From: the human T2T-CHM13v2.0 reference genome, Homo sapiens
Assembly (NCBI GenBank): GCA_009914755.4
Contig: CP086569.2
Coordinates: 23,712,001 to 23,776,000, forward strand
Direction: 5' to 3'
Length of the DNA: 64,000 nt
Program-made: the position numbers and the translations under genes
Part shown: positions 49,618 to 61,334 of the stretch, in pieces
Position numbering within the stretch: the stretch's first letter is position 1
Layout of the letters: every line of letters starts with the position of its first letter
Notes under the pieces: generated by a model
Database searches by the model: none
Seen by the model: the letters and a program-made list of their open reading frames with translations, nothing else
Told to the model about the DNA's origin: nothing

Positions 49618-52600
49618 GTAAATTTTATGAAATATCAGAGTTTTCAACTTAATAACTTGTTTCCTCTTTTCCACTCATTGGGTTAACACTTACATGGAAT
49701 GTATTTCTCATCCTGTCATTTTCTGTCTTTTTTTAAATTAGATCTGAAGTGATTCTCTTGAAGACATGACATAGTTGATCTTAATATACATCATGATATA
49801 GTGAGAATTTTTTTTTTTTTTTTCGTTTTGAAGGTTACTTTTGCTGGGTGTGGTATTCTTGCTTAGACTCTTTTTTTCAGTGTTTTAACTATGTCATCCT
49901 GCTCCCATCTTGCCCAAAAAATTTATGTTCATAAATTTACTTGTAATCTTGCAGAAGCATGCATACAAATAACACATCTCTTTTATCTTCTTGCATTCCA
50001 GATTCTCTTCTTGTCTGTGAATTTCAAAATATTGTTTATGTTGTGTCTTATTAGAAATATTTTTGTGTTAATCTTCATTGTTATTTGCTGAGCTTCTTGA
50101 TTTCTTATATTTTTTACTAATGTTGAAGTCCATGTTAGTTTTTTTTTGGTACTTCTACTCTACAATTTTTATTTCTTTTTGTGATCTTTATCTTTGGTGA
50201 ATTCCTTTTTGTTATTTCATTTTTTATCTTTATTCTCATTTTCTCTTTCAGATGGTAATATTGATTTTTAGGGTAATTTTTTTCTTTTAAATATAGATCT
50301 AGACTTCAATTCAAATTATCACAGCTAATTTTTAAAACTCCATCTTTAAATAATTGTTTTCTGTATATTCCTTTTTATGTTTGATTGATCCATATTATCT
50401 TGATGTATTTCAATGTTTGCCTCACTGTCTAGGTGGGGAAGTTATCATGGATGATATTCCAAAATATGTATTTCAAGTTGTTTTCATTCCCCCCATCACT
50501 TTCAGGCACTCTCTTTAATCATGTATTTGGTTACTTTACATAATTAAATATTTCTCAGAGGTTTTGTTCATTTCTATTTATTCTTTTTTTACTATTCTTG
50601 TCTCTATTATTTCAGAAAGCCAGTCTTGAAACTCTGAAATTCTTTCTTCTGCTTAGCCAATTCTGCAGTAATATGTGTGAATAAATTATAAAGTTTTGTA
50701 TTCTGTTTTTCAGCTTTATCACACTGGCCACATTTTCCTCCAGATTGTTTGTTTTATCTGTCAGTTTCTGCAATTTTCCCTTCCTTGCATTGGTTTGCAA
50801 CTTACTTTTGTAGCTCAATGAAGCTTATTTCTATTCACATTCTGAATTCTATTTCTGTCTTCTTAGGTCTTGCTGGAAATGTAGGTTGGTTATTTGGATT
50901 AAATAAGTCACTCTAGCTTTTTTTTTTTTTCCCCAGCAGTTTTGCATTGATTTTGTCTCATCTTTGTAGGCATATATTTGAGGTTGCTGAACTTTGAATG
51001 AAGATTTTTTAATCATATTTTGATGTTCTTGAGTATCTGATTGTGGCATAAGGTGCTTTCATCCAACAGGCTTTGTTCTTGGGAGAAGTTTTTATTTTTT
51101 TATTTTTATTTTTTATATTTTTTGTGGAGGGGTTGGGGGAAGTGCTCAGCTCACAACTCAGAGGCTTCATACTCAGCGGGAATTGTATTGAGCCCCAACT
51201 CTCTTCCCTGTCTCTTTGATATTTGGAGTCTGCCACCCTGTTGGACTAAGTTTCTGCAGCTTCAGCAGAGTGCTAGTGGATATGGAGTTTCTGCCTGTCT
51301 TCACTTATTCATCTCAGTAGCAGGAGCAATGTAGCTGGGATGGGAGTAGGTGCACCTGCTGGAGACTGTGTGCTGTTGCAATAAATGTGGTGTTAGCATG
51401 TGGTAGGATGCTGACCAATGAAGGTTTGAAGCCTTCTTTTTGCCCCCTAAAGAAGAAGTGATTGTTCAGAATGTGGGAGGATACACTGTTCTCTGCACAG
51501 TGTTAGCATAAAGGTAGCAGTGAGTCTTTTTGGCTCTCTGCCCACCAAAGCTTTATCTACAATGGCAGCTGCTGGGTTGGCAGGAGCATACTGCATTCCC
51601 GTTTGCTAGTGGGCCAAGCAAAGCCAAATCTGCCTTTGAAGACATGTGCCAGTAAAGTAATATGAGGAGTTGCCATGTTTTCGAGGGAAAGTGCAGTGTG
51701 GGAAAGAAACATGTGGGCTGCTGCAGTCATAGGGGCTGCCTAGCTGTTGCTCTTCAGGAGTTATATGTGACCTACCAGTGCAGATGGTATGGTATGGGCT
51801 CTCAGTGTGCCTGAGACTGGCCTGTAAGGATCTGGGTGCCTGGGAGAGGCGGTAAACCACGGAGTGCTCAGTTAGACAAGCTTCTGATTTTCAAAGCTAT
51901 ATTACAGTAATTAGGTCCAACACTTCCCTAGGGCAAAACTCTCTTATGTGAAAAAGTTGCTGGTAGAGAAATGGCCATCACTGGCCACACCTTACTACAG
52001 ATGCCCTTGCACCAAACCCTCTGGTCACCACATAAGCTGGCTTGCTGCCCTACCTCTTTGCTGGTTTTCTGAAGGCTGCATCTAAGAGAGATGTAGGTCA
52101 GCAATCCCTCAGTACAGTCAGCCCATGATGAAAGATCTGTGATTTTGGTCAAGTTAGGGGTCAACTGTCTGGTGAGGAGCAGTGGGTAGTTTGTGGGACC
52201 CATGGTGAATGAACTGGCCTCCTCTCCTTGGGTAAACTGCAGCTTGTTTGATGTTTGAATAAGACACTCAGGGTTTTGGATTTTTCACTAGTCTAAGGGT
52301 AGCAAGGAAAGTTCTACTATAGAGGCAGTGGCAGAAATATTTTCAGTCGTTACTGGGGTCCCTGTCCAGGGAGTCGCTAAGTTGCTACTATCTCAATACC
52401 TCTGGCAGTGATTGGCTAGTGGCCCAGGCCTGGAGAACCTGTCCAGTGAGAATATATGAGAACAGGCACTCACATAACAGTATGGCCACTTTTCTGAAGG
52501 GCTGCCTCAGTATGCGAGGTGTCCATTGCCATTCCTAGTCACCTAAGATTTTCCAGTACTTGAAGTTACCACCACTGAATGTTGCTAAACTAAATAATTG

Positions 52601-53830
52601 CAGCGTGCCTTTTTTTTTCTGGGTGCTCAATCCCAGGGAGGTATAGACCTCTTTCCAACCCAATAGCACCTATAAGAGGTAGCTGGAATCCCTTGTTGAA
52701 ATTTCTTACTCAGTAAAGAGAACGTAATTGGGGAGCCACTTAAGAAAGCAGTCTAGCAACATTTTCATAGTACGTCTCTGCTGTGCAGAGGTACCACTTC
52801 CATCCACAGTTTATTTGGATTCTCCAAAGCCAGAAGGCTGGAACAGCCAAGTCACACACATAGGAAAAATTGCTGCTCACTCTTCCCTCTAGCAATTATA
52901 TCACAAAGAGGTTTCAAAATTCCATCGACCAAAGATCGTGGTCTTTGATCACAGCTACTACCAGTGGTGGTAGCTGCTCACTCTGGTTAGGAAGTCCTTT
53001 CCAGTTGCAAGAAATGAGATTGGGTACCTGATTTAACAGGCATTCTGGCCATGTCTTTTTAGAGCACCTATACTGTGCTAGGAGATTCTTTATTCCCCAC
53101 GTTAGCTTGGGCTTTTTAAAGCCTGAAGGCTGGAATGCCTAAGTTGCCCAAGCAGCTAAGGTGGTGTCCCACTCGACTTTCTGATAGCTCCATGCCAGGG
53201 AGGTCCAGTGCTGCTACCAATGGGCTGACCAGAATGCTAAGCCAATAAGTCTTACCCTGTGGGGCACTGTGGGCATGGGTCCTAAGACCTAAGACCATGA
53301 CTGGTCAGCCTCATGGATTCTGTCTCTTTTCTATGAATACTTACAGAAGTACAGATTCCTGCTTTACTGGAGTTGCAACTACTTTTTCTGGGAAGCCTGG
53401 AAAAACTGAGTACCTAAAGTTCTTGAATCTCTGCACAGGCCTCAGCAGCTGATCTCTGAGACTCCACGTAGCTCTGTGTGTTCAACTGAAGGCCTTGATG
53501 AAGCAGGTTCATGAATAGATCTCCTCACCTGAGGGTTGCAAAGATCTGTGGGAGAATCGTGGGTTCCCAGGGTCACACTTATACCCACTGCTTTATTGAG
53601 TGGGAATGTTTTCTTGGTTCCATGTTGTTCCCAGGTGGTTCACTGTCCTGCCTTGCTTTATTCCATTCTCCATAACTTAAGTTGTTTGATTTTTCCCAAT
53701 GCAAGCACCTGGGTGTTTCAGTTGAAGGTGATGTATTTATGCACAACTTGCATTCCTCTCTATGAGAACTACACAGACTAGCTGCTTCTCATCAGCAGTC
53801 TTGATCACTTTCCTATAACAGGGACCTAGT
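49618..53830 (-). mobile_element. Probable ancient LINE-1 (L1M/L1PB-like) 5' portion on the minus strand: an ORF1-like region about 49,700-51,050 and a long 5'UTR-like region to ~53,830. Low confidence.
   Basis: Minus-strand ORFs 50612..50818 (…KLQKLTDKTNNLEENVASVIKLKNRIQNF…) and 50849..51049 have the heptad/coiled-coil character of L1 ORF1p. The reverse complement of 49,800-49,860 (GAATACCACACCCAGCAAAAGTAACCTTCAAAAC…) resembles the conserved 3' end of ORF1 in old L1s. The region is AT-rich and non-satellite with no other coding signal. Classification is from memory and unverified. Confidence 0.35.
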
Positions 53831-55024
53831 TTTTAATATTAAAATAATTTAATATTTTTCAAAAGCAAATATTGATGTAATTTAACTCTTACATTTGTTG
53901 CTATGTCTTCATATCTAAAATATATGGGAAAGAACATGGACAATTGTTGCTCCACCAGAGTTATGAGAGGTTCTTCCATATTAGATGGACAGATTTATCT
54001 ATTTTGCAATGGAAGACTAAGAAAACTGAAATCTAATATACATGAAAAATTTCTAAGTGAAAAGGGCAAGTACTGGTTGGTTTATAACAGTATCATAGTG
54101 ACAGGATGATAGGAGTGTGGTAAGTGCTCAGGATAATATTATGCATAGTAATAGGAACAATTTGAATTTTAAACAAAAATTGCTTTACCATTTGCAAATT
54201 AAGGTAATTAAAATACAGTGAATTTAAAAATACCTTTTTAATGACAATGTGTGGACTTAATTTTTTTCAAATTAACCAGAATTGTTGTTATTGTGTTAAG
54301 GCTATTTTATATTGAATGTGTGTCTTGCCACTGATGTTATCGTATCTTACTCAAAGCTGTAAGTAACAGATGGTGACAATTTGCTATAGGGTCACAGTGA
54401 AATAACGTCTGTAGTCATTCTTTTGTCAGTGGTCTTTAACTTAAAATAATTTGGAAAATATGGTTTTTACAACTTACATTTATGTTTTTCTTGTAACTAA
54501 AGGTGATTATGATGGCTCTAATGGAGATTATATGAGTATAATGGAGCTACAGTCTTCTGAATTCTGAACAAGTGTTTACAAAATTTTATCCTACTTTTTT
54601 CTATTAAACATATGACTTCTCTGGTCTGCTAAACACATAAAGACCTTTAGCTTTAGTTTACATGAATTTAAATATAAGAGATATATTACTGTAAAATAAA
54701 CTTTAGGTGTGTAACAGATCTATAGCAAGTAATGAGAGTTATTTATGGCTGTGTATCTACTTTGAGAAGGAAAGAAAAATGTTAGAATGCAACAGATAAT
54801 TTTACAAGTGTTGATAACTTATCACCAAATAAAAAACTTCAACAATTTTGAAAGCAAATCTATTTTCTCAGCTTTGTGTTAAACTCATTTATTTAAAATA
54901 TTATTGCTCCTGGCTTAGAAAAATCTTGGGCAAATTCTGCTTTTTATGTTTGTCCCTTTGCCTGTTGCTAACTGTAGACATAATGTATAATTCTCTTTTC
55001 AGAAAATTCCGCAAAACATTCTTT

Positions 55025-55245
55025 GGTGTGGGTGCAGTGGCTGACATCTGAAATCTCAGCACTTTGTGAGGCTGAGACAGGTGGATCACCAGAGACCAGG
55101 GGTTCAACACCAGCCAGGCCAACATACTGAAAGCCCATCTGTACTAAAAATACAAAAATTATCTGGGTGGGTGCGTGTAATCCCAGCTACACAGGAGGCT
55201 GAGGCAGAAGAATCACTTGAAACTGGGAAAGAGAGGTGGCAATGC
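55025..55245 (+). mobile_element. Alu element, old and 3'-truncated/diverged
   Basis: GGTGTGGGTGCAGTGGCTGACATCTGAAATCTCAGCACTTTGTGAGGCTGAGACAGGTGGATCACCAGAGACCAGGGGTTCAACACCAGCCAGGCCAACATACTGAAAGCCCATCTGTACTAAAAATACAAAAATTATCTGGGTGGGTGCGTGTAATCCCAGCTACACAGGAGGCTGAGGCAGAAGAATCACTTGAAACTGGGAAAGAGAGGTGGCAATG matches the Alu consensus. Confidence 0.8.
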
Positions 55246-56582
55246 ACCTTCTGGAGCTGCAGGGTGGGCACTGCGCAGTGGCTTGGTAAAAGGAGGGTGA
55301 GCAGCCTCTCACTGAGGGGATTTCATTGCCCCTTATTCTGATGGGCAAATTGAGCCCCCAAAGCCACAAGCCAAGAGGGGCAAAAGCACTCATCTGAGGC
55401 AAGAACCTTTTTCTTTACAGGCTCCCTTAAGTTTCAGACTTCCCTGGGCTTGCCTGAATCCTCTCTGGGCTTGCCTTTAGAAAAAAGATTCTTCTTCCTT
55501 CTGATTGTAGGCAGAGAAGCAACCAGTCAGTTGTGGTAAGCCCACCCACAGCTTCTTTTGTGGGCCAACCTGGGCCTCTACACTCTACTGGACTGTAAAA
55601 CAGAAATTCTAGAGTCCAGAATTCACATTTTGTTCTAGAACAAGAGTTAAGCACCCAGGCCAGAGCAAAAGTGGGCCTGTTAATTCCGTGGCACAAATCC
55701 CAAATCAGAGAACTGGCTTGACTGTCCAGCTACACCCAGGCAGGGTTTGTACTGTTTCAAGTTGGTCCCATTCTCTTCCTGCCTCCTCAGCTACACCCAG
55801 GCAGGGTTTGTACTGTTTCAAACAGGTCCCATTCTCTTCCAGCCTCCCGTAACTTGCCATCTGTATCAGCTGTTTCTCTACCCTCCACACCCTATAATTT
55901 TTGAAATTCCTCTGAAGACTGCCTGAGCCAAACATCAAGGGTCACAGAGCTCTAGCCTACTCAGGCTGTGCCAGGAAGGGAGAGCTCACAACCTACCTTG
56001 ACACTTAAGAGTCATGTACAAATAGTAGCAACTCTAGGAGGAGGACTGTCACATACTCAGATCCTTTTCTGGTCTCCATAACAAAAGATATGTCAGAATG
56101 GCAAGGATAATAATACACAACCCTGGCAGTTCTCCCTTTTAAAGGGCAGCCTCAGCCTGGTCATTCTGAACCACAATTTTAGGGTTTATTTCAGCATGTC
56201 CCACCTTGTAAAATAGTACTGGAGCCCCAGAATGATATGATTGAGTGAAATTCTGGAGAAGGAGCACCTCAGCAGCCTGAATGAACCTATAATAGGAACA
56301 GATCCTACCAGCTAAGAAGCCATCTCATTAACTTAGATATCCATACCAGCAACGTGCACACACATCAGCCCCTTAAATAAAATCCTGTCAATGGAGTGAT
56401 TCAGGTAAAAGCAAAAATTTGTTTATCTAGAGTCTCAGGAAGAAGAACCTCTGTTGTCTGAATCAGAATATATGATGGATGCAACTGACAGTGTTAACTT
56501 TACTTGGGGATAGCTGGACATTAACCTTACATTAAAAGTGCTTCTGAGTGTTAAAACTTCCAAGTGACAAAAATCAAATTGT

Positions 56583-56898
56583 GGCCTGGCTGGGAGCAGT
56601 GGCTAATGCCTGTAATCCCAGAACTTAGTTAGTCCAAGCCAGGTGGATCATCAGAGGTCAGGAGTTCAAGATCAGCCTGACCAACATGGAGAAACCTCTT
56701 CTCTACTAAAAATACAGAGTTCAAGATAAGCCTGACCAACATGGAGAAACCTCTTCTCTACTAAATATACATCAGCCAGAGATTGTGGAACTTGCCTGTA
56801 ATCCCAGCTACATGGGAGGCTGAGACAGGAGAAGATCATGCCATTGCACCCCAGCCTGGTCAACAGAGTGAGATTTTGTCTCAAAGAAAAAAAAAATC
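56583..56898 (+). mobile_element. Alu element containing an internal ~55-bp tandem duplication (56,664-56,718 and 56,719-56,773); A-rich tail
   Basis: GGCCTGGCTGGGAGCAGTGGCTAATGCCTGTAATCCCAGAACTT...GGTCAGGAGTTCAAGATCAGCCTGACCAACATGGAGAAACCTCTTCTCTACTAAAAATACAGA is followed by GTTCAAGATAAGCCTGACCAACATGGAGAAACCTCTTCTCTACTAAATATACATC and then ...GCCTGTAATCCCAGCTACATGGGAGGCTGAGACAGGAGAAGATCA...CTCAAAGAAAAAAAAAATC. Confidence 0.9.
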
Positions 56899-58087
56899 TA
56901 GTAGTGGCCAACCTAGAAGTTATTCTTTACCTATGAGGAACGTCTGAGACCCTGGTCTGTCCTATCCTGTGGCATGGAACACGGGCCACACAGAGGATTG
57001 AAGCCCTTTCATTTTTTGTTAAATAAAGGCTGACAGATGAAAGGTTGTTCAGACAAATGTGTTAAATAAAAATACTATACTAACTATAGGCTTTTTGCAA
57101 GTGGCTGTTGTTATCCTACTAAGCCCACTGACACTGGACTTTCTCCACTTTATGTAAGTCCAAAGTAAAACTCCATATCTCATTCACTGGTTCTGAGTCT
57201 ATTCTTTGACATCTTGAACCTCAAAACTCACCAAAGCATCAGCTATAGATGCAATTGTTCTCTTTACTACTCTCATTCAAGCCTCTTTTTTCAGATGAAC
57301 TTTCAGTGGAATACCAAGAAAGATGAACATGAAACACATCGTGGTCAGATGTAAGATTGATGCCAGAATAGGCAGTGACCACTTTCAAAGCAAAAGGGAG
57401 CATTTTTCTTTCCCCATGAGCAGCTCTCAACTTCTGTCATCATTTTCTGGTTTCAGTAATGGTTACATCCTGGCTCTGGAGGAACCATTGGCCCTGGGTA
57501 ATAAACATCTTCACTTAATCCTGGTGCAAAAAAGCTTTCTTTTGACAAATATGTCCTCTGTGATCACGAGCTTCTAAGCAATCTGGACAATGCCCAAACC
57601 AAAAAAAAAAAAAAAAAAAAACTATGAAAGAGAGATGAGTAGGTGTTAGGGAAACAACTTTCCACTTTTTTCTTTTGGCAAATTCAAACAATTTTGATGG
57701 TAGACAGATGTGCAGAAGAGGACAGCATAGTATAATTCCTCATCACATGAGTTTACAACCAAGAGTTTTCAGTCCTAACTATGAGAGCTCCAGATGAAAA
57801 CCAGAAGTTACTTCACTGTACATCTATTAATGTCTGATTGCACAGCTTTTTTTTATCATACTGAGGAGCCTTCACTGAGTATTTTTCCATTGAACATGTA
57901 GAGATAAACAGGAAAAGATAAAATAACAACTCCATAAATTTATTAAACAAGGTGTAGAAATGTTTATCTTCTCATATTATTACCATTTTCACACACACAT
58001 AATTGCATGTATATCTACCCATAAAGCTGAAATTTTCATAATAAATCTGTTATATGTCAAGTTTAAATTCAAAAAATATTTTTCAGT

Positions 58088-58395
58088 CAGTCGTGGTGGC
58101 TCACACCTGTAACCCTAGTACTTCAGGATCCTGAGGTGGATGGATCACTTGAGGTCAGGGGTTTCAAACCAGCCTGGTGAAACTATGTCTCCACTAAAAA
58201 TCCAAAAAAAAAAAAATTTTTCTGGGGATGGTGGTACATGCCTGTAATGCTACTTGGGAGGCTGAAGCCAGACAAGTTCTTGAATCTGAGATGTGGAGGC
58301 TGCAGTGATCCCAGATTGTGTCACCACACTGCAGGTGGAGTGACACCGCAAGATTCTGTCTCAAAAACAGACAAACAGAAAAATATTTTTTCTTT
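58088..58395 (+). mobile_element. Alu element (slightly 5'-truncated), with a long A/T-rich middle linker
   Basis: CAGTCGTGGTGGCTCACACCTGTAACCCTAGTACTTCAGGATCCTGAGGTGGATGGATCACTTGAGGTCAGGGGTTTCAAACCAGCCTGGTGAAACTATGTCTCCACTAAAAATCCAAAAAAAAAAAAATTTTTCTGGGGATGGTGGTACATGCCTGTAATGCTACTTGGGAGGCTGAAGCCAGACAAGTTCTTGAATCTGAGATGTGGAGGCTGCAGTGATCCCAGATTGTGTCACCACACTGCAGGTGGAGTGACACCGCAAGATTCTGTCTCAAAAACAG matches the Alu consensus. Confidence 0.85.
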
Positions 58396-58789
58396 CTTAC
58401 AACAAAAAGACACACATGTGTTCTAGATATGCCCTGGTGGAGTGGAGTGGGTGTGGAGCCTGTCTTTGTAAAGAAGGAAGAAGGGCCAGTACCCAGGATT
58501 ATGTGTGAAGGATGAATTGGCACACAAATAAAGGGGCAGCCAGGCCCTTGGCCTAGCAACACTGAAGCTTACAGGTGGCTTCGGAAAGCAGGATAAATAG
58601 CCCGTGGACTTAATGCTAGATGGCTCTGTAACAATGAAACATCTGCCCAGGGATCTTAGCAATCCTGCTAGAAGGCCCTGACTATACCCTGGATTGGAGA
58701 TACCTGAGGTAGAGTGGCTGCCAGAGAGCCTGAGCAAACACCAGTTTTGACCACTATGGCTGGGTCAATCTAAAATAGCTTATCTCTTC

Positions 58790-59330
58790 TGATTTACAAT
58801 ACAAAATATAGAAAAATAAAGTGAAAAAAGTAAAATCAAGAGAAAAAAATTAAAAAATAAGTTTAAAGTAATTAAAAATAGTAAAGACAAATAAACTGAA
58901 ACAAAATAGAGAAAAATAAAGAGAAATGTAATTAAGATCAGGGAAAGTAAATAAAATGAAGATGAAGAAAATAAATACAATAAAATTAAGAGAAATAAAC
59001 AGAAATGAAACAATTTGCAATAGAATAAAATAAAACTTTATGAATCAGGAGAAAAAATAAAAGTAAAAATAAAGATAAATATGGAGAAATAAAATAAAAT
59101 AATATAAAGGGATAAGAATGGGAGTAAATAAGATAAAAAAGAAATTAAATAAAATGTTTCAAACAAGACACAAATTGGAGAACATTTGAAATGAAGAGAC
59201 AATAATATAAAAAATAAAAGATAGAAACAAATTTAAATGCATAGAAAAAATGAAAGTAAATAAAAAATAAAAAAGAAAAAGAAAAATATATAGAAAAATA
59301 AAAGTTAAAGAGCAAAATAAGACCTGGGGA
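58790..59330. repeat. A-rich low-complexity / cryptic simple-repeat tract, units of the form (A)nTAAAG / AAATAAAGA
   Basis: About 540 bp consist almost only of A-rich words (aataaagtgaaaaaagtaaaatcaagagaaaaaaattaaaaaataag...). The minus-strand ORFs here (58780..59013, 59145..59429) are poly-F/L/I artefacts. Confidence 0.8.
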
Positions 59331-60559
59331 TAATCTACAAAATGTTTCACCCAACAATTGCATAGTACATATTTCTATATACATTTGGCATGTTTTCTTA
59401 GATAGGCAAACTTTTAAGCTAGAATGCAAGTTTTAGCATATTTAAACTGACGGTAATCACAAAAAATATTATTTCTGACTACAATAAAATATAACTGGAA
59501 GTAAAAACCAAAAGAAAACTAGTATATCTGCATATACATGAAACCTAGACAAATTCTTGAGCATACTATTTTTCAAGAGTTAGAATAGGCAAGTTTCTTT
59601 AGATGTTAATTGTTTGGATTCACTCAGGCCGCTGGCAGAAATATTACAGGGAAGTATTAGGAAAAGTTATAAGGAATAGTAACAAACCTTTTTGGCAGGC
59701 TAAAAGGCTAAAATTATTATATAGCTTGTAATAATTGAACAGGCTGAAGGCAACCTCTTCTTACCTTAAAGCATTAGGTCATAGGGTAAATACTAGGGAC
59801 AACTGAGGCTTCTCCAGTTAAGTCTGTTTACTCTACCTCCACTAACTAAGATGGCTCTCTCCAGGGAGTTCGACCAGAGAAATTGCCCCCAATGGTATTT
59901 ACTTTAGACTGTGGTAACTGAGGTTTAATCATTCACAGAACTATTCTCTTAACAATGTTAATTATCCACAAGTGTGTTTACTCAAAGCTTCTGTGATTAA
60001 TTCTATACTAAATAAATGCCTGGAGGGTGAGTTGCTCAGGGTGGGCCTCCATTCTTTACAGGACTCTCCGTGGAGTCTGGGAGTGGCCTCGGACCCTCTG
60101 CTGCTGGCAAAGCAGGATATCTGTGTGTCAGGTAGTTTATTCACCCATCGCCAGGTCTGCAGTTGGAGCCCATTGTGTGAGGCAGTCTGTGAAGGAAGTG
60201 TGAGAACCACCCTCATGAGGAAAGCTGTAGAGGAAGAGTGAGGAATGCGACAGACTCCCTGAAAGCAAAGGTGGAAAAAGAATTCACGTGGTGAAGTCAG
60301 TGACTAATCAGTAAGTCATTGGTGCCCACTCGAGGTTACCAAGTTCTGGGAGAAGTTGGGTCAAGCTGAGGTATTCTCATGGGACAACATTTATCAGCTC
60401 AACAGAAACAGTATATAAAAGTGTTGAAACAGTTGCTTAAGGCTAGTGGAGCATCAGTTTTGCAGGCTCAATTAGGGGACATAATGCAAACTGTTGTAAT
60501 CCTGAGAGGTAAAACTGGCTGGGCTTTGGGTGGGGTGGGGACTTGGAGAACTTTTCTAT

Positions 60560-60800
60560 CTAGCTAAATGATTGTAAATGCACCACTCAGTGCTCTGTGT
60601 AGAGCTAATCAGGTAAGGGACTTGGAGAGCTTTTCTGTCTAGCTAAAGGATTGTAAATGCACCAATTGGTGCTCTGTGTCTAGCTAAATGTTTATAAATG
60701 CACCAATCTGCACTTGCTAAAAACAGACCGATCAGCACTCTGTAAAATGGAACAATCGGCAGGATGAGGGTGGGGACAAATAAGGGAATAAAAGCAGGCC
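60560..60800 (+). promoter_or_regulatory. LTR12 U3 enhancer repeat block (CCAAT/GATA-type motifs, partly CpG-decayed) and AATAAAAG TATA-like promoter element. This is a potential LTR-driven promoter.
   Basis: CACCAATTGG, CACCAATCTG, GATCAGCACTCTGTAAAATGGAACAATCGGCAGG and GGGAATAAAAGCAGG lie at 60,787-60,794. Established knowledge says ERV9/LTR12 U3 repeats act as enhancers/promoters. Activity here is inferred only. Confidence 0.35.
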
Positions 60801-60913
60801 ACCTCAGCCAGCAGTGGCAACCCACTCAGGTCCCCTTCCACACTGTGGAAGACCTGTTCTTTTGCTCTTTGCAATAAATCTTGCTGCTACTCAGTCTTTG
60901 GGTCCACACTACC

Positions 60914-61313
60914 TTTATGAGCTGTAACACTCACCATGAAGGCCTGCAGCTTCACTCCTGAAACCAGCAAGACCACAAACCCACCGGGAGGAACAAACAA
61001 CACTGGATGCACCACCTTTAAGAGCTGTAACACTCACTGTGAAGCTCTGCAGCTTCACTCCCGAAGTCAGCGAGACCATGAACCCACTGAGAGGAACAAA
61101 CAACTCCAGAAACACCAACTTTAAGAGCTGTAACACTCACTGTGAGGGTCTGCAACTTCACTCCTGAAGTCAGCGAGACCATGAACACCTGAAGGAACAA
61201 ACTCTGGACACACTGTCTTTAAGAACTGTAACAGTCACCGTGAGAGTCCATGGCTTCATTCTTGATGTCAGTGAGACCAAGAACCCATGGGAAGGAATCA
61301 ATTCCAGACACAC
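60914..61313 (+). repeat. Four tandem ~100-bp repeats inside the LTR12 (R/U5 region)
   Basis: Units start at 60,914, 61,018, 61,121 and 61,218, each beginning TTTA(T/A)GAGCTGTAACA(C/G)TCAC. Confidence 0.85.
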
Positions 61314-61316
61314 TTT

Positions 61317-61334
61317 GGTGACCACAAAGGGACT
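61317..61334 (+). other. Retroviral primer-binding site complementary to the tRNA-Arg 3' end (CpG-decayed), 3 nt downstream of the LTR
   Basis: TGGTGACCACAAAGGGAC compares to the tRNA-Arg PBS TGGCGACCACGAAGGGAC. Both differences are CpG to TpG/CpA transitions. This is the arrangement expected for ERV9. Confidence 0.7.

Larger units (their letters stand above)
60050..61313 (+). mobile_element. HERV9/ERV9 5' LTR (LTR12 family). The 5' boundary is uncertain by ±200 bp.
   Basis: U3 tandem ~40-bp repeats (CTAGCTAAA(T/G)GATTGTAAATGCACCAAT(C/T)(A/G)G(C/T)GCTCTGTG, at least 4 copies) lie at 60,560-60,770. They are followed by GGAATAAAAGCAGGCC (a TATA-like element), ...CCACACTGTGGAAG...CTTTGCAATAAATCTTGCTGCT (a polyA signal), and then four ~100-bp repeats (TTTA(A/T)GAGCTGTAACACTCAC(C/T)GTGAAG(G/C)TCTGCAGCTTCACTCC(T/C)GAAG(T/C)CAGCGAGACCA(T/C)GAACCCAC...) starting at 60,914, 61,018, 61,121 and 61,218. 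All of these are characteristic of LTR12 as remembered. The LTR ends ...CCAGACACAC, 3 nt before the PBS. Confidence 0.7.

Noticed and set aside
58780-59429. Minus-strand ORFs encoding F/L/I-rich 'membrane-like' peptides
   Set aside because: These are translations of the A-rich low-complexity tract (poly-T on the opposite strand). They have no complexity, no start context and no conservation signal.
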